A stretch of 64,000 nucleotides of DNA from Cyanophora paradoxa CCMP329 (Eukaryota > Plantae > Glaucophyta), in NCBI GenBank assembly GCA_004431415.1, contig QPMI01000005.1, positions 868,001-932,000 of the forward strand. The letters run 5' to 3'. The translations under genes and the position numbers were made by a program. The notes beneath the pieces were generated by a model that was given only the letters and a program-made list of their open reading frames with translations, searched no databases and was not told the origin of the DNA. This document shows, in pieces, positions 47,692-57,411 of this stretch (position 1 is its first letter; each line of letters begins with the position of its first letter).

Positions 47692-48450
47692 ATGGATAAC
47701 ACAGTAAATCTTGATGATATTCCGGAGTTCGATCCGAGTAAGACGGTTCGAATCCCGACAAGAATTTTGAATGTTGGTCGCTCCAATACAGGTAAGACAA
47801 TGTTCACAAAATACTTACTTTACGAGCTTCGTGACAAGATCGATCAAATCGTTATATTTAGTTCAACAGCTTTTACTGGACAATTCAATGACATCACCCA
47901 TCCCGATAACATCTATGAAGAGTGGGATGATAACATTGTTTTGAGATTGATCAGTATGCAAAAGAAACAAATTGAGAATAACGAAAAGCGAAATAACCTA
48001 GTTATCATACTCGATGACATGATAGGTTCAAATTTGGATATGCATAATTCGGCTGTGTTATCTAAATTAGTAACGAGTGGAAGACATTATTCAATCTCGG
48101 TAATCTTTAATGTTCAGCGTTTGTGTTCTATTTCTACTACCATTCGTCGCAATGTGGAGTTCGTTGTATTTTTCAATATACTTGGGAACGAGAAAGAGTT
48201 CAATTGCGCCTTTGATGAGTACAATGGTGGAATGGATAAGAAGACCTACAAGGAATTGCATAGACTATGGGGTTATAATTACCAAACTGTCATAGCTAGC
48301 CTGCAAGGTTATGATATCAAGACCTATACTGATAGAGCAGTACTCACTGATGATGATATAAAGGGCTTTAAGAAGTTTGTGAAGAGAAAAGCAATTAAAA
48401 GGAGTCAGATGGCTCGGATTCAGCGAGAAATGACCACAATCAGTGTGTAA
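47692..48450 (+). CDS. A32-like packaging ATPase, inner copy 2
   Basis: GRSNTGKT, IILDD, SGRHYSIS. Confidence 0.92.
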   Translation: MDNTVNLDDIPEFDPSKTVRIPTRILNVGRSNTGKTMFTKYLLYELRDKIDQIVIFSSTAFTGQFNDITHPDNIYEEWDDNIVLRLISMQKKQIENNEKRNNLVIILDDMIGSNLDMHNSAVLSKLVTSGRHYSISVIFNVQRLCSISTTIRRNVEFVVFFNILGNEKEFNCAFDEYNGGMDKKTYKELHRLWGYNYQTVIASLQGYDIKTYTDRAVLTDDDIKGFKKFVKRKAIKRSQMARIQREMTTISV

Positions 48451-48514
48451 AAGGTCGATTTCTGAAGAATATTGTATGATAAGGTAGCTTGAAATACTAA
48501 GAAAATAGCATAGT

Positions 48515-48660
48515 TGCGTAGAGCTTTCATAGCGCTTCAAAACGCTATGCAGAACGTTGCGATTTGATGATCTGGTGATGAGATACAAGCGTTTGAAGAT
48601 GCCGATAATCGATTTACCGAAACTTCGGTGAAACGTGAGCGAAACTTGAACCGTGAGATC
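48515..48660. other. Conserved non-coding element shared by inner and outer viruses
   Basis: 41-nt core 48565-48605 matches the reverse complement of 57147-57187 at 40/41; also present at ~34970-35002. Confidence 0.8.
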
Positions 48661-49368
48661 ATATACCCTACTATGGTTTATTCCCCGGGTTTTCATGGCG
48701 CATTTAATGGCGCATTTAATGGCGCATTTAATGGCGCATTTTATGGCGCATTTTATGGCGCATTTTATGGCGCATTTGATGAAAAGTCCCTACTCTGTGG
48801 CATGAACCAATCAGAAGCCAGCAAATTTAAAATTAATATATGAGGTATTATCTGAGATATAATCTGAGGTATTATCTGAGATATAATCTGAGGTATTATC
48901 TGAGGTATTATATGAGATGTTATCTGTGATGTAAACCTGGGGAGAAGTTGAAGGGGGATACATTGAAAGTCAGTGAGCCAATCAGATTGCGTCACACATA
49001 TATACATATACATCATGACAATATACACATCGCCGTGATCGTCATGATCTCCCGAATAAGCCGGTGTGTCATATATATCAGATACATATACATCATCATC
49101 ATGACGTCATATATGAATATATATCACATATACACAAATTGATATGTTATAGGTTTGACTATAAATCGATTTCCTATGATATATATGATATATATTACAG
49201 TGATATATTGACGTATATACGATTCAAAAACAATTAAAATTCTATTGTTTTTATTGTCGTTTCTATTGTTGTTTCTAGTGTAACAAATACAGTAAAAAAT
49301 CGTTCAAAAAATACAGTAAAAAATGAGAGGTTTTTCTTTCGAGGTTTTAACTAAACTTACTTAGTTAT

Positions 49369-49772
49369 TCATGGGAGACCCGGCGGATAAAAAGGATATA
49401 ACTTCGATTAAATATAATTAATCGAGATAATGATATAACTTCGATAAATAAGATTTAAGATATAACTTCGATAAATTCGATTTTTGTTACTGAGGCTTAC
49501 TGAGATTTAGTGAGATTTGGAATTGGGTTACTGTGAATGGTTTGTTTTTCTTGGGAATTGTTTTGGAGACACGGCGCATAAAAAAGATATAACTTCGATA
49601 AGATATAATTAATCGAGATTATGATATAACTTCGATTAATTCAATGTTTCTTACTGAGGCTTACTGAGATTTACTGATATTCAAGATTGGGTTACTGGGA
49701 ATGGTTTGTTTTCTGATTTGTTTTTGATTTTTTCGCGGGTATTTTTTTGGAGACACGGCGCAGTGCTGAGCT
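49369..49772 (-). repeat. Right TIR of inner copy 2
   Basis: Inverted match to 38254-38656. Confidence 0.95.
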
Positions 49773-49778
49773 GATATT

Positions 49779-50724
49779 ATTGAATCGGATACAGACCGCG
49801 AATTCATGCTGGGATTAATCGCCTATGCCCTGAGTGGTTTGACAGAAAATCAGAGATACACTTGCTGGACTGGAATTGGAGCAAATGGGAAATCACTGCT
49901 CCAAGAGTTGGTGAAAGACACATTTGGTGAGTATTATGGGTCACTGGACATGACATATTGGACTAAACCCAAGAAGAGTTCGTCAGAGGCTTCCCCAGAA
50001 CTCGCTTGCATTCTTGGTAAACGAATTGTTTTCAGTAATGAAGCAGAAGATGGTGATATGCTTCAACTGAACAAAATCAAACAGGTTACTGGTGGGAATG
50101 AGATGAAGGTTCGAGCTCTTTTCAAAGATCTTGTTACATTCATTCCATGTTCCAGTTGTTCTTGTCCACAAATGACAACCTGGGAATCAGTAAACCAGAT
50201 GCAGCAATCCAAAGGCGAATTATCTACTACCGATTCGAAAATGTCTTCAAGGTCGATCCTCAGCCTGGTGAGAAGAAAGCAGACACCACTCTAATGCGCC
50301 TAATGAAGAATGATGACGATTATAAAATGGCGCATATGTCCATTCTCCTGGAAATGTGGAGAACCCATTCTCTCAATGAATTCGTCACCAAACCACCCCA
50401 GTCCATTGTTGATCAAGGTGTTGAATATTTCAATGAGAATGACAAGATTGGAGAATGGATTCGTGAGAGTTATGAACTCACCAAGAGTCAAGGGATTTCG
50501 CCACAAGTGAGTCCATTATCAGTCACTTTAAGATGGATCACATGGGCAAATCTGATGAGAAAATCACAGAATGCACTATCTTGAAGAGACTTCGCGAAGT
50601 CTTTAATGTGAAGGCTGAGAGAAAGCGAGTCAATGGTGTTCTTGCTCGTGGCTACTTTGGGATCAAAAAGAAGCATAGTCGCAAGTTGGTGGATGACAGT
50701 GATGTTGAAGGTGGGGATGAGTAA
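49779..50724 (+). pseudogene. D5/SF3 helicase, 3' part of the split outer primase-helicase
   Basis: In frame with KSIYADI from 38253: IESDTDREFMLG..TGIGANGKS (Walker A), VFSNE (Walker B), KQVTGG..RALF, LSTN, AIQRR; 1-nt frameshifts near 50146 and 50494. Confidence 0.92.
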
Positions 50725-50823
50725 ACAAAACAGAATCGATTCTAATACTGATTGAATTTCTTATTTTTTAAAAACCTTACTGTAAATGGTTTGTGTGACA
50801 GCTGTGACACCTTTTTAATTGAG

Positions 50824-50926
50824 TGTGACGCCTGTGACGCCTGTGACGCCTACTTTCAAACTTTTTAAAATTTCAAAAATCTACAAACCTCTGAAAACAG
50901 GTGTCACAGGCGTCACAGGCGTCACA
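50824..50926. promoter_or_regulatory. Third iteron-like unit, inverted relative to the 18.6/18.9-kb units, just downstream of the helicase gene
   Basis: 3x TGTGACGCC, AT-rich core, 3x GG(C/T)GTCACA; close to the reverse complement of 18851-18953. Confidence 0.65.
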
Positions 50927-51077
50927 CCCAATTAACCACAGACTCCCCCTGTGGGTCGATGACTTTTTCGATTCTTTATCGGACAATATAAAAACGTATC
51001 GTAAATCGGTGTGTTTTGACAAAAATTGACTGGCGATTTAAGGGATCATTGCGTTTTCCCTTTGACTTTGACAGAAC

Positions 51078-51269
51078 ATGGATTATTTCGACGAAATTCA
51101 GCGGCAGCTGGTCGAAAAGAATGATATTGCAGAGGTAGCGGAATATATTGCAAAGATCAGAGCCAGTAATGGTAGACCATATCAAAAGAAGCGATTCCAT
51201 GCAAGCAGACTTGACACAGTAAATGTATATGTCCCCAAAGGCACGAATGTGCGAATCATTAGAACCTGA
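51078..51269 (+). CDS. Small hypothetical protein (63 aa)
   Basis: ATG ORF in the gap before pPolB with protein-like composition. Confidence 0.5.
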   Translation: MDYFDEIQRQLVEKNDIAEVAEYIAKIRASNGRPYQKKRFHASRLDTVNVYVPKGTNVRIIRT

Positions 51270-51325
51270 AAAATGCGAAATGCGTTTAAAACGCCCAAAA
51301 ATAATATGTTCCCTTAAAGTAAAAG

Positions 51326-54300
51326 ATGCCCCGCCAATCTAATAGAATCATCAAAGAGAAGAAAAACGAAATACTCGGTCTTTTAGGAACCCTTTTAGTT
51401 ACTGGTGATATTACAGAGTTCGAATATGATCGCCAGGCAGCAATCCTGGATAGGAGACCAAGGTTATCTCAACTCACAGAAATTACAAATCGACTGTATG
51501 ATCGTTTTGAGAAACTGGAGGAATTCAGGGATGAAGGTTTAAGGTTGGGAACAATTGAACCCGAGATTGAAGATGGGGAAGCAATGAACAAAGCATATTC
51601 CTGGTTAACTTATCGAGCCAGAGGTGAGGTTATCCAAGATGGGATTGAATTCTTGGAGAGAATTGCACCCAATCTACCACAGAGACTGAGACAGAAACTC
51701 CAAGACCTGAGAGCAATTAAAACTCGTCTCACATTCATCTGTAAATTCACCAAAGTGAGTGATCCAAGGGTGTGGATCACCAAATTCATTTACAGTGATT
51801 ACTTTGTCATCACAAGATCACGAAATATTGATGTTGAACTGCGAAATGCCCTTCAATCTATGCAGGAACAGATGATGCAGGTGGACAGTTACAGACTGGA
51901 TCGCATTGAGATGCTGAGAGTGGTAATAATGTCTTATGCTCCTGTGGGTGGTTGCTTCTTCTCAACTCCTGAGTGGATTGGATCAAAGAGAGCAACTGTG
52001 AATGTCAAGAATATTGATGGTCAAGATTGCTTCAAGTATGCAATCTTGGCTTACCTGCACCGAAATGATATTAATAAACACAAGAGCAATGAACCCAGCC
52101 AGTATAGAAGATGGTTAAACGAACTCAATTTCGAAGGCATCCAGTTTCCAGTTGCCTGTGATGCAGAGGTTATTGATCGATTTGAGGAGCAGAACCCTGA
52201 ACTGAGTATCAACATTTATGGTGCAGATAATCAAGCACAGTGTTTCTATCCTCTCCATCAATCCAGCAACCCGAGGAGAAAGACCAAGATTAACCTTTTA
52301 TTAATCGAAAACGAAGAGGATGATAGAGGGCATTATATCACCATCATGTCTCTGAGTAGACTCCTGAAAACCACCTTTGATAAAGCCCATGATGGTCGCA
52401 TTTATTACTGTGAGACCTGCCTGTCTCGTTTCAGAACTCAGGAGAAGCTGGACATTCACTTAGAAGCCAATCGCTGCATTGATTGGAGGGAGAGCAAAGG
52501 TAAATGCCCGAAATCTGGAAGTCACATTGCATTTGGGCTTCAACACCTTCGCAAAACTGTGTGGCTTCCCACTATCTGCTATGTGAAAATGGACAGTCAC
52601 TCGGTTCCAATTGATGAGAACCGCAGCAAGAGAGAGGTAAAATCGGTTTCTCTAACAGTTGTGATGGGGGATGAGGTGATCTCTCATTATTTCGAGGGAT
52701 CAGATCCACTTGGTGCTCTGTTTACCACTCTCACAGAGATCAGACCACAAGTTATTCGCACTCTATTCACCAATATTCCGATGCATCCACTCACAGAGGA
52801 GCAGAAAGCAAAATACAAGATGACTAAACACTGTTATATCTGTGCTGAACGATTTACCCATGAGAATTTCCCAGTGAGAGACCATTGTCATCAAACAGGC
52901 GCTTTTATTGGAAAAGCATGTCGGAACTGCAACCTCCACAGGAGAATCTCAAAGCAAACCAAGGTAGCAATTGTGGTGGATCACATGGATGAATGTGGAC
53001 ACGAAATATTCCGCAAAATTGCACAGCAAGATGATAAACTTCGTGTTGAGATCCTGAGCAAGAATTTCGATCAATACCTCTCCCTGCAATGGGGCATGTG
53101 GAAATTCATTGATGCTTCGCATTTTATGGACTTCCAGGCAGTGGATGCAAGTGATCTAATGGGTAAATTCCAGACTTTCCGAGAATTGGCGTTTTCCCAA
53201 TATGGATTGGATCCTGCTCACTATGTTTCGGCTCCTGGATTATCCTGGGATGCAATGCTCATTTACACCAGAGCAAAGATCGAGCAGATCAGTGATGTAG
53301 GGCAATACGAATTTATTGAGAGGGCAATTCGAGGTGGGTTTGCTACAATGCCTACTCGATATGCAAAGGTGGAAAACCCAGATGACCATATAGTTCTCTT
53401 GGATGCAAATAATCTGTATGGTTATGCTCTCAGTCAAGAACTGCCCATTGGAGATTTTCGATGGGAAGATGTCTCAGAGGCACTTATAATTAAAGAGACC
53501 CAAGGACGAAGTGCCTTTGTTGAAGTAGACCTGGAATACCCACAAACTCTCACAGATCATTACGATTTTCCACTTGTAGTTAATAAAGAACATGTCACCA
53601 CCGAAATGCTGGGTGGGTATCAAAGAAAGTTACTGGATATCACAGGTGAGAAGATAAGCAAAGACCCCAAACTCACTGCAACATTCTCACCCAAAAACAA
53701 CTATGTAATCTCCCAACCTCTCTTGGTCTATCTTGTGAGCAAAGGTATTATAATCACGAAGGTTCACAGGGTTCTCTCATTTGCAACCTCTGCATTCATG
53801 AAGAGTTATATTGATCTAAATACGAAACTGAGGCGCCAATCTATGTCCAGATTCGAGAGTGACTTCTTTAAATTAATGAACAATGCAATCTATGGTAAAT
53901 GCCTCGAATCATGCAGGGGTCGCTCTGTGGTTAAGATTGCTAACAGTGAGAAACTCTGCAAGAAATATGCTGCAAGTCCACTCATCAAGGCAACCAATGT
54001 ATTAAACGAAAATGCTGTTGCCTTTGAGATGTACTCAAAGCATGTTCACTTAGATAAACCTGTTGCAATTGGTGCTTTCGTGCTGGATTTTGCGAAACTC
54101 CATAATAGCAGGTTCTTTTTTGATGTGGTGAGGAGAACTTGGGAAACAGCAGAGCTACTATTCCATGATACAGATTCTTTCTGTCTAATGCTTCATACCA
54201 ATGATCTTAATAATGAGATGAAGCGAATTTCTGAACACCTGGATTGCAGTAATTATGATACTGCCCACCCTCTCTATGACAGGAGAAATCGCTTGATTCC

Positions 54301-54613
54301 AGGTAAATATAAAAACGAGTTTCCCAATGCAAAGATTGTGGAGTATGTAGGTCTGAGATCGAAACTCTATGCTTTCAGAACTGAGACCTTTGATAAAATT
54401 AAGATGTCTGGTACTTCCTCCAAAGAGGTTCACTTTGATGATTTCAAGAGATGCCTGTTCGAAGGCATCACCAAAACAGTAGCAGTAGTAAACAAGCGAA
54501 GGCAAGACCACAACCTATATGATTTGGAGAGCAGAAGGGTGGCTCTAAACCAACTCGATAGCAAAAGGAAGATATTAGACGATGGAATTCACAGCATTCC
54601 ATTTGGGCTCTAA
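51326..54613 (+). CDS. Protein-primed family B DNA polymerase (Polinton type)
   Basis: LLDANNLYGYALS, FKLMNNAIYGK, HDTDSF, YVGLRSKLY, YGLDPAHY.SAPGLSWDAML; EndoVII-like VRDHCHQTG..ACRNCN insert; N-terminal NVKNIDGQDCFKYAIL..GHY. Confidence 0.96.
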   Translation: MPRQSNRIIKEKKNEILGLLGTLLVTGDITEFEYDRQAAILDRRPRLSQLTEITNRLYDRFEKLEEFRDEGLRLGTIEPEIEDGEAMNKAYSWLTYRARGEVIQDGIEFLERIAPNLPQRLRQKLQDLRAIKTRLTFICKFTKVSDPRVWITKFIYSDYFVITRSRNIDVELRNALQSMQEQMMQVDSYRLDRIEMLRVVIMSYAPVGGCFFSTPEWIGSKRATVNVKNIDGQDCFKYAILAYLHRNDINKHKSNEPSQYRRWLNELNFEGIQFPVACDAEVIDRFEEQNPELSINIYGADNQAQCFYPLHQSSNPRRKTKINLLLIENEEDDRGHYITIMSLSRLLKTTFDKAHDGRIYYCETCLSRFRTQEKLDIHLEANRCIDWRESKGKCPKSGSHIAFGLQHLRKTVWLPTICYVKMDSHSVPIDENRSKREVKSVSLTVVMGDEVISHYFEGSDPLGALFTTLTEIRPQVIRTLFTNIPMHPLTEEQKAKYKMTKHCYICAERFTHENFPVRDHCHQTGAFIGKACRNCNLHRRISKQTKVAIVVDHMDECGHEIFRKIAQQDDKLRVEILSKNFDQYLSLQWGMWKFIDASHFMDFQAVDASDLMGKFQTFRELAFSQYGLDPAHYVSAPGLSWDAMLIYTRAKIEQISDVGQYEFIERAIRGGFATMPTRYAKVENPDDHIVLLDANNLYGYALSQELPIGDFRWEDVSEALIIKETQGRSAFVEVDLEYPQTLTDHYDFPLVVNKEHVTTEMLGGYQRKLLDITGEKISKDPKLTATFSPKNNYVISQPLLVYLVSKGIIITKVHRVLSFATSAFMKSYIDLNTKLRRQSMSRFESDFFKLMNNAIYGKCLESCRGRSVVKIANSEKLCKKYAASPLIKATNVLNENAVAFEMYSKHVHLDKPVAIGAFVLDFAKLHNSRFFFDVVRRTWETAELLFHDTDSFCLMLHTNDLNNEMKRISEHLDCSNYDTAHPLYDRRNRLIPGKYKNEFPNAKIVEYVGLRSKLYAFRTETFDKIKMSGTSSKEVHFDDFKRCLFEGITKTVAVVNKRRQDHNLYDLESRRVALNQLDSKRKILDDGIHSIPFGL

Positions 54614-54796
54614 TCTACTTCATTGATCTTTCTTTTTCTTTGGTTTCGCTCTCCAAGAAGTAACAAACCGCGAATTAAATGCAGCAGCCATATACATCTT
54701 AATCCTGGGTCATTGGGCTCAATTGCAAAGTAGTTGGGAACTGTGTTCTCCTTCCACACAGAGTCTTGCATTTATTATATGAGAGATAAGGTAAAG

Positions 54797-56197
54797 ATGC
54801 CTTCTACACAAATAGGATTGAGACAACCACCCAGAATTGTTAGAAAAGAAGCGATTGAAGATCGAGGGAATATTCTGCCCATCACAGTTCCAGTGGAGGA
54901 GAAGAGCAGTCGAATATTAAAAAGATCAGAGATGGTCAAGCAATTAATCCCAGAGACACTCCCAGCTGAGACAGCACCAAAAGAGTCAAAGATTGCTAAG
55001 AAGTTCTATGATCCCAGGACAGGCTACAAGGGATTTACTGCAATGAGACAGGAACTACCAGAGGAGAACTACAAGAAGATGAGAGAATGGTATGATAAGC
55101 AGGAGGTTGTCCAAATTAATGCACCCACCCTATCTCGAAAGAGAGATCCCATGATTCCAATTAGGCAACCCCTTGATACCTATGTGATTGATCTGCTCTT
55201 CTTTCCTGCATACAAAAAGCAGAATGATGGTTATGATACATTTATGAGTGCAATGGAATCAACCCTGAGAACAGGGTTCATAATTCCAATGAGAGACAAG
55301 AGTGCTCTAACTACACTTGCAGCATTCAAGCAACTTGAACAGAGAGTTCCCAGACCAATTGTTCGCATTCAGAGTGATAGTGGAAGCGAATTTACCAATC
55401 TGTTATTCACAGATTATTTGGGAACGAAATTCATTGAGCATCAACTAAGTGATGTTGCAGATCACAGAACCCAAGGTCGGATTGAAGCCTTTAACAGACA
55501 GATCAAGAGATTGATCACAAACTACTGCATTGCAAATAATACTGCACGATTTTTTGATGTGTTGGGTGATATTGAGTATAATTATAATAATACCATCCAC
55601 TCTGCAACCAAGAGAAAACCAGCAGAGACCACAGAAGCCCACTACAAAGAGATAGTGAATATGGAGGATCAGAGATTCAAGAAATCGATTGAGTATCTTG
55701 ATGCCCTGAAACCTGGAATGTTTGTGAGAGTGAAAGTTGAAAAGAACCCATTTGCAAAGCAGGGAGTTAATTGGTCTCGAATTGTTTATAGTGTGGAGGG
55801 CAGAGAGGGCTTCAAGTTCAGAATCAGAAGTCCCAGTGGTGAGATAGTTGATGGTAGATTCGCTTTTCATGAACTGCTGCCCATTAAAGGTGTTGAGTAT
55901 CATGAAACTCCCACAGTGGATGCACTTGAACAGGCAAAAGAGGAAGCCAGGGTTGATTCAGCAATCAGAAAGGAGGGCATTGAAAAAGCAAGTGAAGTTC
56001 CAAAAGAGCCCCTCACAGAAGCAAGAGCACAAAAGAAGGGCAGAGTAGAGAAAGAATTAAAGAAGTTGACCATAGCAGGAACCCAGAAGTTATCAGAAGT
56101 TAACAGTCAGAGGTGGTATAATGACTTTTCAACCACCAAGGAAACATATACTGCACCCCAAACTCGATTCAATCTACGAAGTGGGCAGAGGAAATAG
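54797..56197 (+). CDS. rve-type DDE integrase, outer virus
   Basis: YVIDLLFF, IQSDSGSEF, GRIEAFNRQIK, YNNTIHSATKRKP, LKPGMFVRV. Confidence 0.93.
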   Translation: MPSTQIGLRQPPRIVRKEAIEDRGNILPITVPVEEKSSRILKRSEMVKQLIPETLPAETAPKESKIAKKFYDPRTGYKGFTAMRQELPEENYKKMREWYDKQEVVQINAPTLSRKRDPMIPIRQPLDTYVIDLLFFPAYKKQNDGYDTFMSAMESTLRTGFIIPMRDKSALTTLAAFKQLEQRVPRPIVRIQSDSGSEFTNLLFTDYLGTKFIEHQLSDVADHRTQGRIEAFNRQIKRLITNYCIANNTARFFDVLGDIEYNYNNTIHSATKRKPAETTEAHYKEIVNMEDQRFKKSIEYLDALKPGMFVRVKVEKNPFAKQGVNWSRIVYSVEGREGFKFRIRSPSGEIVDGRFAFHELLPIKGVEYHETPTVDALEQAKEEARVDSAIRKEGIEKASEVPKEPLTEARAQKKGRVEKELKKLTIAGTQKLSEVNSQRWYNDFSTTKETYTAPQTRFNLRSGQRK

Positions 56198-56198
56198 A

Positions 56199-56441
56199 TT
56201 AACAACGCTTTCGGAATCTCTTAGACCTCTGGCGAATTTTCCTCATTTCTCTATCTTTTTCAAGAATTTCCAAGAAGAAAGTTTCAAGGTTTGAGACCAG
56301 CTGGTAATTGTAAACAAAGAACAGTCTCACATGCTCTGGCTGTGACATGAAGAAATTGTAATAGAAAGCAGTTTTGAAATCATGGATCCAGTCTGACTGG
56401 GCAGCATGGATGATAGCAGGGTCTTGGTAGATGGGATTCAT
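56199..56441 (-). CDS. Small hypothetical protein (80 aa)
   Basis: ATG ORF converging on and abutting the integrase stop; basic C-terminus. Confidence 0.5.
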   Translation of the reverse strand: MNPIYQDPAIIHAAQSDWIHDFKTAFYYNFFMSQPEHVRLFFVYNYQLVSNLETFFLEILEKDREMRKIRQRSKRFRKRC

Positions 56442-56597
56442 TGCAGAAGTTTAGAGAATCCAGAAAATTCCTGTCAATTTTTTATTTTTGTAAGTGCCCG
56501 AGCTCAACGAAACCTGATCGCCGCTGGCGAGAGGATTCCGAATCTGCTTTCAGAATTCAAAACGGAGCAGTTGGTAATAAAATACATATATATGACC

Positions 56598-56897
56598 GAG
56601 TGAAGTTTCAGTGAAGTTTCAGAGAAGTTTCGGAGCAAAGTTTCGGTGCAGTTTCGTGAAGTTTATGTGAAGTTTCAATAATAATAATAATAATAAATTC
56701 CCGATATTTCACTGATAACGATAAGATAACGATGATAACGATAAGATAACGATAATAACGATGATAACGATAATAACGATAATAACGATACTCATTCCCC
56801 CCAATAACGATACTCATTCCCCCCATAACGATACTCATTCCCCCCTTAATAACGATACTTCCCCCCCCCCTTTAATAACGATACTCATCCCCCCCTC
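56598..56897 (+). repeat. Minisatellite block: GTGAAGTTTC, GATAAC(GAT) and AACGATACTCATTCCCCC units
   Basis: Visible tandem degenerate arrays. Confidence 0.85.
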
Positions 56898-57411
56898 TAA
56901 ACCTCCGACATAATTAATTACGTCATCGCAACCGTCATCGCAACCAGGTCGCGCAACCACTATGACGTCATGACATCACGTGTTTCATGATATATATATA
57001 CACCACACATTTCGTGTGACACTGAGCCCCAGAGTCGCCGACTGACCAATCCGCTATTTTGTGGTCAAAATGTATATATGTGCATATATACTTGACGGTT
57101 CGCGTTACTACTGTCGGCATCACTTCACGTTACCACTGTGGGGCTGTCGGCATCTTCAAACGCTTGTATCTCACCACCAGATCATCAGATTGCAACCGTC
57201 AACATAGCGCTGGAAAGCGCTTGAAAAGATCTACACGATGGTGTAGGTATCAAGTATATATATGTACATATTTCATACATATATTTCGAAAAAACGATTT
57301 ATCGGCTACTTTCTACTGTAAGGAACATACAGTAAAATAATGCGAAAATACAGTAGCTACTGTAAAAAATCGCCATAATCTGGCGCACCATACATCAGAA
57401 GTCCTGAATTT

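Larger units (their letters stand above)
38254..49772. mobile_element. Nested Polinton-like virus ('inner') copy 2, 11519 bp
   Basis: Same termini as copy 1; 6-bp TSD GATATT at 38248-38253 and 49773-49778. Confidence 0.97.

Noticed and set aside
24667-49772. Assembly duplication or one composite transposon
   Set aside because: Each copy has its own TSD and interrupted target gene, and the penton alleles differ.
50800-50930. Right TIR of the outer element
   Set aside because: Only the ~130-bp iteron unit is mirrored. The terminal hairpin and subterminal repeats are not, host sequence does not resume, and viral genes continue.
57147-57195. Hammerhead ribozyme (CTGATGA on the minus strand)
   Set aside because: No GAAA follows the putative stem II, and CTGATGA is not conserved in the inner copies.
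57059-57340. ORFs sharing GIFKRLYL(T/I)TRSS (also 48265-48696)
   Set aside because: Identity is at nucleotide level without synonymous variation, the starts are unconvincing and the flanks unrelated; better explained as non-coding conservation.
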